A stretch of DNA of 64,000 bases from assembly GCA_963718615.1 (NCBI GenBank), contig OY970368.1, forward strand, positions 5,024,001 through 5,088,000, written 5' to 3'. Below, one piece after another: positions 1 to 8,600 of the stretch. The translations under genes were made by a program, and so were the position numbers. The notes under the pieces were generated by a model that saw only the letters and a program-made list of their open reading frames with translations, made no database searches and was not told the origin of the DNA. Position 1 is the stretch's first letter. The number at the start of each line of letters is the position of its first letter. Origin of the DNA: an uncultured cyanobacterium. GTDB taxonomy: Bacteria; Cyanobacteriota; Cyanobacteriia; PCC-9006; JAAUQQ01.

Positions 1-683
1 TCTGCAAGTGCTAAAGAGCGGTAACGTAATATTTGTAAACCAAACCGAAGCACTTCATATACTAATCTTTTAGGTTCCCAGTGAGGTACTAACCGTGATA
101 TTCGCAGTAGAGGATCAGGAAGAATAATTGTATCAACATATAGACCGCAGCTAGAGGCAATGCTATGCCCTCCAGCAGGAAAGAGGGAGCCTCCATAAAC
201 TGCTTTAATTCTATTTTGATCCTCGCTATGAATCCAAGCAGGATCTGCTATGTTTTTCCAAAACTCCTGAATTTGTTCAAGAAACTCAGGGAGATGTTGA
301 GCAGCTTCCTGTACCTGATTAGCATCTTGTATATAGGCTCCAGCAATTTGATGAGGTTCAGCATTACGCTCTTGCATAACCTGAAATAGATCACCAAATT
401 GGTGATCTATTGCTCTGAAAAAGGCTTCTTGTACTTGTTGTGGCGAAATAGCCTCTTTCCACTCTTCCCGATCTTGAAAGTGAGCCATCATAAGAGCCAT
501 AGACCGCACTGTCCCATCTACAGTATCCGGATCTACTAGCCCATCTGGTGCAAGGCGTACCCTTTCTAAACTTTCCAAAACATCATCGGCAAGGTGTTCT
601 GCAAGATGAATTTTGCCTACCTGAGCCTTCTCTCGAAGAATCATAATTCGCCGATGAAGCTCTTCTCTGTCAGTATCAGACAT
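1..683 (-). CDS. Hypothetical protein, runs off the left edge; probable first integron cassette gene
   Basis: Open frame from ATG at 683 (MSDTDREELHRRIMILREK...YGGSLFP...CGLYVDTIILPDPLL...) with no stop before position 1. Missing from the ORF track because it is truncated. Low GC, no HIP1, downstream of the attI-like site at 831-870. Confidence 0.8.
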   Translation of the reverse strand, partial: MSDTDREELHRRIMILREKAQVGKIHLAEHLADDVLESLERVRLAPDGLVDPDTVDGTVRSMALMMAHFQDREEWKEAISPQQVQEAFFRAIDHQFGDLFQVMQERNAEPHQIAGAYIQDANQVQEAAQHLPEFLEQIQEFWKNIADPAWIHSEDQNRIKAVYGGSLFPAGGHSIASSCGLYVDTIILPDPLLRISRLVPHWEPKRLVYEVLRFGLQILRYRSLALA

Positions 684-830
684 AGTTGAGGGTACCCCTA
701 ACTCTACATATAGTCAATTCTAATCAATTCACTTGTGATTTGACCTAAATGTAGCGGGACTTCGTTGAAGCCTGAACATTATGCCCTAGCAGGAAATCTT
801 CACAGGCTGTCTTCAGCAGAGAACGAAGCT

Positions 831-870
831 GTATAACAATCTGATTAGACTGAATGACCTCCACCTAATC
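831..870 (-). mobile_element. Integron attI-like recombination site (left)
   Basis: Minus strand GATTAGGTGGA-ggtc-ATTCAGTCTAAT-cagatt-GTTATAC: L box, 6-nt spacer and GTT R box. Aligns with the site at 20918-20957. Confidence 0.65.
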
Positions 871-891
871 CCCAGACTACAGGGTCTTATA

Positions 892-2721
892 CCCGGATTT
901 CTCACCAGGGCGGATAGAGAGTATCAGGCTTGCCCGAAATGAGATGAGCAGTCTGTTGACTCGAGCAATAGAGGATGCCTGAGGCATCTTTCAGGCTGTC
1001 TATGCTGTAAAGGTAGTCATTGTGCTCTAGATATGGGGCTTCAGGCAGATTTTGAGCAGGTCAAAGCAAGGGTGTGTAATCTCACCCTTGGAGAGTCGTT
1101 GAATTAAAGTCGGAGCGAAAGGCTAGAGTTCTACTCATCGGTCTATCCTGGCCTAGGGAGTCGTCTGCGCAACTGTTGTGCTGCCGCTTCAAAGAGGGTT
1201 TGTATGGGCGAAGCGAAAGTGAATGCGACGAGAATGCGCCTGACAGAGATGCGAACCTGTGCGCCAAGCTTGAGCAGCTTGCGTCGAATGGTGCCCAGAG
1301 TCGCATCAGCGAGTTCAGTTTTGGCGAGTGCCTTGAGGCGCAGGGCCTGCATCAAGACATAGGCGAAGGATGAAAACCAGAGTCTGAGCTGATTGCTTTC
1401 AAAGTCATGGGTGGAGGTGCGGTCGCTGAAGAGGTCAAGCTGATGCTCCTTGATGCGATTTTCCATCTCTCCTCGCGGACAGTAATAATCGCGGTGAAGG
1501 TGAGCGGGATGGGCCTGCTGTGCTGTCAAAGAGGTGACAACGAAATGGCGACGTGGGCCATTGCCATCGTAGGTGAGCTTGCAAATGACGCGACGCTCAC
1601 AGCTCCAGGATTTAAGCGTGGCATAGCTCAAGGACTGATGCCAAACCTGGGGCGGAACCAAGCGGTTGAGTTCAGCCTCTAGTTCACTTGCACTCTGCTC
1701 TAACAGAGGTTCTAAGGTGGCAGCAACCGTTTGGCGCTGGGCCTCATAAACGGCTTTGGCTCGCTGTTCTAACCCCCAAGTCAATTGGCGCAAGCGCTCA
1801 TTGCTGCTGTGGGCAAAAACAAAGTCCACCTGGGCTTCACCTTCACACCACAGCATGATGTCATCTCGGCTGTAAGCACTATCGCCGCGCACCAGAATCT
1901 TCACCTTCGGCCAATGACCTCGAATCTGAGCCACGATGCGTTGGAGTTCTTCTAACGCTCCCGCTGCGGGGTCCACATTGGCCGGTCGCAGTTTTGCACT
2001 CAACAAATGGCGACCACTGAAGATGAGCAACGGGGTGTAGCAGTCATGGCGGTAATACCCATTGAACGCTGAACCTTCCTGGGTGCCATGGGTGGGGTCA
2101 TCGGTGACATCCATGTCCAGGATGATTTGTTTCGGTTCACCTTCGAGTTGTTCGATGAATAGCTCCACCAAGAGCGCCTCGATGGCAGCCGGGTCCAGGC
2201 TCAGTTTCACGTAGCGCGAATCTGACAAGTCGCGGGGGACATGCATCGCTTGCTCCAATCGGTTGAGGGTGCTCTTGCCCGCTAACGGTGCACAGCGCGG
2301 ATGCTGGCTTTCTAACTGACCCAGAACTACCCCAAATAATCGCTCATGCCGAAGGTCGTCATGGTCATTCACGTCCTCGTAGCCTTGCACCAATCCATAA
2401 AGCCGTTGCCCGAGCAGCGTTTTCAATTCATGTTGCACCCGGCTGCCATCGCGGTGATCCGTAAAGCACTCGGACAGCCGCTCACTGATTCGATATAGCT
2501 GGTCGATTTCTCGAATTAGCAGCAGCCCTCCATCACTGCTGAGCTCACCACCGCTAAAGTTCGCTACTATCTTGCGTTGATTCAGGCGTCCAAACTCGTA
2601 GCTTGGCAAGTTACACTCTGTTTGGGTCGGGGCCATCTTTGCAAACCGCTGAATGTCTTGTGGTTATTACATTCTCGCTGGTTGGTGACCCCGATCCCTC
2701 GGCACTGGTGAGATATCCGGG
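892..2721 (-). mobile_element. IS1380-family insertion sequence, complete (1830 bp)
   Basis: Terminal IRs CCCGGATTTCTCACCAG (892-908) and CTGGTGAGATATCCGGG (2705-2721), one mismatch. 5-bp target duplication TTATA at 887-891 and 2722-2726. Confidence 0.93.
1143..2636 (-). CDS. IS1380-family DDE transposase
   Basis: Motifs FSGGELSSDGG, GYEDVNDHDDLR, LDMDVTDDPTHG, RGDSAY, RGEMENRIKE typical of IS1380 transposases. Confidence 0.95.
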   Translation of the reverse strand: MAPTQTECNLPSYEFGRLNQRKIVANFSGGELSSDGGLLLIREIDQLYRISERLSECFTDHRDGSRVQHELKTLLGQRLYGLVQGYEDVNDHDDLRHERLFGVVLGQLESQHPRCAPLAGKSTLNRLEQAMHVPRDLSDSRYVKLSLDPAAIEALLVELFIEQLEGEPKQIILDMDVTDDPTHGTQEGSAFNGYYRHDCYTPLLIFSGRHLLSAKLRPANVDPAAGALEELQRIVAQIRGHWPKVKILVRGDSAYSRDDIMLWCEGEAQVDFVFAHSSNERLRQLTWGLEQRAKAVYEAQRQTVAATLEPLLEQSASELEAELNRLVPPQVWHQSLSYATLKSWSCERRVICKLTYDGNGPRRHFVVTSLTAQQAHPAHLHRDYYCPRGEMENRIKEHQLDLFSDRTSTHDFESNQLRLWFSSFAYVLMQALRLKALAKTELADATLGTIRRKLLKLGAQVRISVRRILVAFTFASPIQTLFEAAAQQLRRRLPRPG

Positions 2722-2803
2722 TTATACAGAGCTGCTTCAGTCTATTCCCCAAATTAGGAATATTAGACCGAACCAGAGTCGGTATAATCCCCAAAAACGA
2801 ACA

Positions 2804-2830
2804 ATTAGGCGGAATGTCATTCCGCCTAAT
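2804..2830. promoter_or_regulatory. Perfect 13-bp inverted repeat within an array of ATTAGRC-like boxes
   Basis: ATTAGGCGGAATG-T-CATTCCGCCTAAT, with related boxes at about 2762, 2937 and 2960. Confidence 0.55.
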
Positions 2831-3190
2831 CCCGGATTTAGCGTCTTAGCCCGAATCTCATTCCTCATAATATCCACAATCCCCCGGATAAGACGATCAC
2901 CAGGCTTTTCCTGTCAAAAATCTTTGCATAGCATTTCGCCTAATCCCCCAAATCCCGCCTTAGACCGAAGCACCGAACATCCGCCCCCTTCAACAACACC
3001 TCCAGTTCAACCATGAAACCGACCAATTAGAGGCATGCAGTTCGGGGTCTGGGCGTTTGGCAAAGAAACAATCAGAGAACCGAAGCAGCCTGATTGCCCT
3101 GGTACCCAGCAGCAGCGATCGCAACCTTCCCACCTTCCCTGGGAAAACTAGAATCATCCGCTCAGGCTCATCCCGGTACCTGCTAGTCCC

Positions 3191-4372
3191 ATGCCTACCG
3201 CCGCATCTGCTCTCAAAAAAGGAATTCGTGCCATCCAAGCCGGTCGCTACACCGACGCGATCGCCCTCCTCCAATCCTGGTGCGACCAAGCCGGTCCCGA
3301 GGCCGAAGCCTATCCCGAAGCGGTGAAAGTCCTCGTGCGGGCCTATCGGGAAGCCGAACGCTGGGAAGATGCGATCGCCCTCTGCGAAGACCTAGCCGAA
3401 CACAGCGACCCCGCCCTCAAACATTGGGCTTGGCAAATGCTGCCAGTCCTGAGCAAAGCGCAGCCCGTCGATGGTCCCACCACGGAATTTGTCACCCTAC
3501 CCCACGCAGAAGCCGACCACACCGCCTTACAGATCGCCAAAAAATCAGTTCCCCTCGGAGATACCGCCGAACAACGTCAACTGCTCGCCGGGGCCAGGGA
3601 AGCCCTGGAAGCGCAACGCTATGGCACAGCCGTAGAACAGTTTGAAGCCTATCTGCGCCAAAAAAAGCAATTCGACCCGGCCAAGGCCCAAACCCACATT
3701 GCCCTAGCCCGCGCCTATCAAGGCAATCAACAGCGCCAGGAAGCCATTAACCTCTGCCAGCATTTGCTCAAAATTGGCGATCAGGGCACCAAACGCTGGG
3801 CACACCAATTTCTAGAAGCCATCAAACGCTATCCCAAAGCCCGCGATCCCTTGGCAGAACAACGCCAAGCCCGCAAACCCCCCACCCATTTGCAGTGGGA
3901 CATTTCGGAATCGGCCTTGGTGATTGCGATCCATACTTCGGTTTATGCCGGATTAGTCCTCTCTCCCCTGGTACCGGGAACCTTGTGGCGCGATTTGGGC
4001 TTAGCGCTGATTCAAGCAGGCACGATTACGCCGGAGTTGATCTTGCCCTTGGCGATCGCCCTGCTCCCCCTCAGCTTTCCCGCCGCATTACTCTACAGCT
4101 CCAAGGAACAAGCGATTCGGGGCCATGCTCGGGAAGTGGTGAACTATTGGATTACCTTGTTTGCGATCGCCCTCGCCGTCAGTCTCCTCGGCCCCTTGTG
4201 GACCATGCTGATGGAATGGGTTGCCAAGCTACCGCTGTTGTTTAATCTCACCAAACTTGTCCTTTCTCTGGCCGGATTCGGCTATGGTGCCGCTCCGCTC
4301 TTGGCGATTTTATGGCACTTTAAGAAACCCGAGCGCCGCTTCCGCTATCCTTTTATCCTACGCTTCATTTAA
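3191..4372 (+). CDS. TPR-repeat protein with C-terminal DUF4870-like membrane domain
   Basis: Two TPR-like modules, then hydrophobic helices ending in FRYPFILRFI. Confidence 0.75.
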   Translation: MPTAASALKKGIRAIQAGRYTDAIALLQSWCDQAGPEAEAYPEAVKVLVRAYREAERWEDAIALCEDLAEHSDPALKHWAWQMLPVLSKAQPVDGPTTEFVTLPHAEADHTALQIAKKSVPLGDTAEQRQLLAGAREALEAQRYGTAVEQFEAYLRQKKQFDPAKAQTHIALARAYQGNQQRQEAINLCQHLLKIGDQGTKRWAHQFLEAIKRYPKARDPLAEQRQARKPPTHLQWDISESALVIAIHTSVYAGLVLSPLVPGTLWRDLGLALIQAGTITPELILPLAIALLPLSFPAALLYSSKEQAIRGHAREVVNYWITLFAIALAVSLLGPLWTMLMEWVAKLPLLFNLTKLVLSLAGFGYGAAPLLAILWHFKKPERRFRYPFILRFI

Positions 4373-4433
4373 GCGGATTCGCTGCAAGCGTTGCATCCGG
4401 TCAAAACTCAGGTCAAACTCAGGTCAAATCAGG

Positions 4434-4742
4434 GTGAAAAGCTGGTTTCTTTATCTCATTCGGTGTCGTGATCATTCGCTCTATGTTGGTATCACAACCG
4501 ATATTAAGCGACGGTTTGCAGAACATTCGGCCCAAGGCCCCCGCTGTGCCAAGTATTTGCGAGGCCGCGCACCGCTCACGCTGGTGTACCAAACAGAAGT
4601 CGGCACAAAATCAGCAGCCTCTCGCCTAGAACTGCGACTGAAGCGCTGGCCCAAGGCCAAGAAAGAAGCGCTGGTGCTCGGACAAATCCCCTTAGACCCT
4701 AGTTTGCCTTCGACCGCAACGTCCCCGACCGCCGAGGCTTGA
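4434..4742 (+). CDS. GIY-YIG nuclease family protein (YhbQ/UPF0213-like)
   Basis: WFLYLIRC-x4-LYVGITTDIKRRFAEH...AKYLRGR...E-x3-K pattern. GTG start at 4434 inferred. Confidence 0.88.
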   Translation: MKSWFLYLIRCRDHSLYVGITTDIKRRFAEHSAQGPRCAKYLRGRAPLTLVYQTEVGTKSAASRLELRLKRWPKAKKEALVLGQIPLDPSLPSTATSPTAEA

Positions 4743-5565
4743 GATTCAACGGAATGAGGCGGGGTTGTAGACTATGCAACAAAGCTTCTCGAACGGCGGG
4801 TTCCGTTTCCTGATGCAGCAAGAGCTGAAAGGCTTGCTCCGCCAACCGCTGCTGATCCGATTCCAGCAGATGCTGATCGATCAAACGCTGGAGCTGACGG
4901 ACAGCCAATAAACGCTTGAGGGGTTCTGGATGGGCCAGTTTATCCAGGACCTGTTCAAAATCGACCTCGAAGCGATCGCCCTCGCGCCCCATCACCAGCG
5001 TCGTCAACACCAACAGCAGCGCCAGCATCCCGCCGCCCAGCAAAATCAAACTCGACGCCAACCAAAGGCTATGGGCATCTTCCCAAATGCTCACGGTCAT
5101 GTAGGTGCCGAGCATCGCCAACCCCCCACTGGCCACCGACAACAACAGCAACCGCTGGGGTCCCGCGCACCAGCGTCGCAGGTGATCGATCCAAGCTTGC
5201 CAATTTTGTTTTTGGAGGAGATAAACCAACCCCATCACCCCAGTTCCGACTCCGAGGGCCAGCATTAACTTACAATTCCAGGCCACAAGACCGCCCAAGG
5301 CCACAACGGCAAAGAGCTTGGTTGCCCAGCCGCGATGTTTGTACAGAAAACGCTGGAGCGATCGCGCCTGCTGTCGATTCGTTCGCGGTCGGGTCCCCCC
5401 AGCGGCTTGGCGGGAGAACTGGCCCAGGGCGCGGCAGACATCCTGGAAGGCAACAAGGAGAGTACGGCGGGGGGCAGGGTGAACCACGGTATTTTCTAGG
5501 AACTTCCTGGGCAAAGAAAAAGCAGGGAACAGGACTAGGAGCAATGTTTCCAAGCCCGCCCCCAT
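4699..5565 (-). CDS. Cyanobacterial membrane protein with C-terminal HEAT/ARM-like helices (start uncertain)
   Basis: About 4 TM segments followed by LAHPEPLKRLLAVRQL...ETEPAVREALL. Confidence 0.7.
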   Translation of the reverse strand: MGAGLETLLLVLFPAFSLPRKFLENTVVHPAPRRTLLVAFQDVCRALGQFSRQAAGGTRPRTNRQQARSLQRFLYKHRGWATKLFAVVALGGLVAWNCKLMLALGVGTGVMGLVYLLQKQNWQAWIDHLRRWCAGPQRLLLLSVASGGLAMLGTYMTVSIWEDAHSLWLASSLILLGGGMLALLLVLTTLVMGREGDRFEVDFEQVLDKLAHPEPLKRLLAVRQLQRLIDQHLLESDQQRLAEQAFQLLLHQETEPAVREALLHSLQPRLIPLNLKPRRSGTLRSKAN

Positions 5566-5610
5566 TCTATACCGAGCGGTCTTGAATGGCCCGTCTTTTT
5601 GAACTGACCT

Positions 5611-8600
5611 CTAGGGATCACCCTGGAGGGGAAGCCGGGGACAATCGGCAGCGCTGAGCTGGAGATAATCCAGACATTCCTGCGGGGTGAGCTGACGGAA
5701 GCTGCGATCGCGCGCCAGTTTGCGCAAACTCTTGGCCGTCGCGGCCCAAAAGGCAACGGTGCCCTCGGTATTCACCGCTGCGATAAATTGCCCATCGGGG
5801 CTATAGGTCACCTGGACAATGCCTTCCGTTACGTCCTGGGGGGTCTCTAGCGGGGTCTCTAGCAAGGTAATCTGACCCGTTTTGATCGACCAAAGGCGCA
5901 CAGTGCCATCGCGGTGGCCCGTGGCAAGCTGCTGCCCCTCGGGGGAAAATGCCAGGTCGCGGATGGGGCTCATTTTTGCTCCCGGTTCTGGCCCCTGCCC
6001 CAGGGATTGGGTTTGGCCCGTTTTCAGGTCGATCAGGGTGAGCGCACCGTCGGAGAACGTGGCTGCCAGGGTTTTGCCACTGGGATCGAGATGGGCGATC
6101 GCGATCCCCGGTAATTCAAACCGATGCAATTGTTTGCCGGTTTTGACGGCCCAGAGAGTGACAGTACCCGTCGGACTCACGGTTAAGAGGCGTCTGCCAT
6201 CGTGGCTAAACTGGGCGCTGGCGATCGCCCCCAAGGCTTGGGGCCAGAGGGCCTGTTGCCCACTATCTGTATCCCAAAGATGCAGCTGCTGGTGACGATC
6301 GATGGCCAAAAGGCTGCGACCTTCAGGGCTGAGCTCAAGGGTTTGCAGCGCCGGGGAGGACGGCGCGGAGTCGGTAGTCCCTTGGGATTCCAGATCCGGG
6401 TCTAGATTCGGGTTCACAGTGGCGTCTAGCGGATCCAGATCCGTCACTAAAATCTCGGCCCGGCGCAGATCCCAAACCTGAATATCCCCATTGGCATGGG
6501 CCGTGGCAACGGTCTGAAAATCGCCAGTCCAGTCGGCTAACTGAATCGGGGAGTGGGGCTCAATGTCGAGGACAGCGGTTTCCTGCTGAAAGCCTTGGGG
6601 AATGTTCCAGCGGTTGAGCTGACCGGCTGAGTCCAAGAGCAAAAACTCCAGGCCCGTGGGTCGGGTCGATCGCACCTGGAAGGGTTGGCGCGGTTGCAGT
6701 CCTAGCCAGCGCAGCGGGGCCAGGAGGCGATCGGGCACGGGCGCAGGTTGAGCCTCGGATTGAGAACTGGCAGCAGCCATCGGCTCCAGGATCGGCTCTA
6801 CCGATGCCCTAGGGAAGACTTGCGCAAAGCCCTGACGAATTCCCTCGGTGTGCAGGGGCGGCAGCTCATACCCTGGCTGGGCATCCCAAAATTGCAGATG
6901 GCGCGCATTGACGGTCACAAGGGTGTTGCCATCGGGGCTAAAGCGAGCATCCAGCAGGTCGGAAGCCTCGTCGGCCTCGCGCAGCACCGCCTGTCTGTGG
7001 CCCGTTTTGAGGTCCCAAAGCTGGGCAGCGTGGGGCTGAATTGCCAGGAGTTGGGTGCGATCGCCCTTCAACCGCACCAGGGGCACATCCGCGCCCTCGG
7101 TCAATTGCAACAGATTTTGTAGTTCTCCCGTTGCGGCATCCCACAACCAGGCCCGATTGCCCTGCACCGAGATCACTTGCGATCCGTCCGTCGAAAAGTC
7201 AAGCTGCTGGGGCTGCCCGGTTTGGATTTGCAACGACGCGGTGACCCGCAGTTGGTGACGCAATTCACCAGTGGCACGATCCCAGAGGTAGAGCGTACCG
7301 TTATGGCCGACAGCGGCGATCGCCCCCGTCTGCGGACCCAATTTTGGACTCAGACGAATCTGGGTAATGGGCGTGGAGGCACTCAGTTCTAGCTCCTGAA
7401 TGCCGGTTTCCAGATCCCAGAGACGCAAACGGCGATCGCCCCCGCTGGTCAAGAGATAGCGACCATCCTCACTAAACTGCATCTGTTCCACTGGGGTGTC
7501 ATGGTCGAGGGTTCCGAGGAATCGCGGCTTGGTGCCTTCGGTATCCCACAGGTAAACCAAACGACCGGCGATCGCCGCCAACCGGGGCTGGGTCGGACTA
7601 TATAAAATCTGCTCCGGCGGTATCGGCAAGTCTGTGAGCACCTGCTTCACCTGGCCCGAAGGCAAGGACCAAATGGCAATTTCTGGGCGATCGGGGGTCA
7701 TGGCCGCCAGTTGATCGCCCGTGGGACTGAGACTCAGCCCCGTAATCCGCACCTCAGCCACCGGACGGGAAGAGGTATCCACAAACGCGAAGCGCTGGAG
7801 GTCAGGCCCAACTCCGACATTGCGGGTGGTCTGGAGCGAACCAGCGCTCGCCATCGCCGGTTGAGCCAACAACGACTGCATCAGCCGAGAGGCGCGAGTG
7901 GCAGCGGGTTCCTGGGGCCAGACTAATTTTTGCTGAATGCGGGCGGATTGTTGCTGATCTAAGATAGGACCCACTTTCCAAAAATAGGCTTGTCCCATAG
8001 GGTCAATTCCGGCAATCAGAGGCTGTTGGCTAGACCACTGGAGCGATCGCGGTGCCGTCCGGGTTTTGTACTCTGCCCGCAGCTGCATACTGCGCAGCGC
8101 CTCTCGCAGAAGCTGATCCGAAGCGGGATCAAGGACTTGTTCCGGCGACGGAGGCATGGTCCAGCGGCTGAGCAGCAGCGCTGGGGTCGGGTCGGCCTCG
8201 TCATTGGCCAAAATCTTTTGGGCCGCTTGGCGACTGGGCAAGGTTTGAGCAGCGGGGGGATGAGACCCGGACCAATATTGATGCACCACGGCAAAGAGCG
8301 TTGCCGTCAGTGCCGAGGGCAGTCCGACCTGCAACAATCGTGAACTGTGTCGCAGCTTCTGGTTTTCCTTTTGACTCAAGTGGATGTAGTGCTGCGCAAT
8401 CGACGACAAATCCTCAGGATGATTGCGCAAATAGGCTTCTGCTGCCCGGAGCTTGGTTCCCTGGAGCCAGCCTTCACCACTGAACAACTCGTTGCGATCG
8501 CACCATTCCTTTGCCGCTGCTTCAATCCAGCGCTGTTGGGTGAGGCGATCGCGATCGGTTTTAAGCCACTGTCGCAGATCGGGCCAGTCCCGGATCAGGG

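Noticed and set aside
690-830. attC between the left attI-like site and the first gene
   Set aside because: GCATAAT and GTTAGGG are present on the minus strand, but there are no complementary L boxes.
2960-3190. Integrase gene or relic beside the left attI-like site
   Set aside because: No frame resembles IntI or any tyrosine recombinase.
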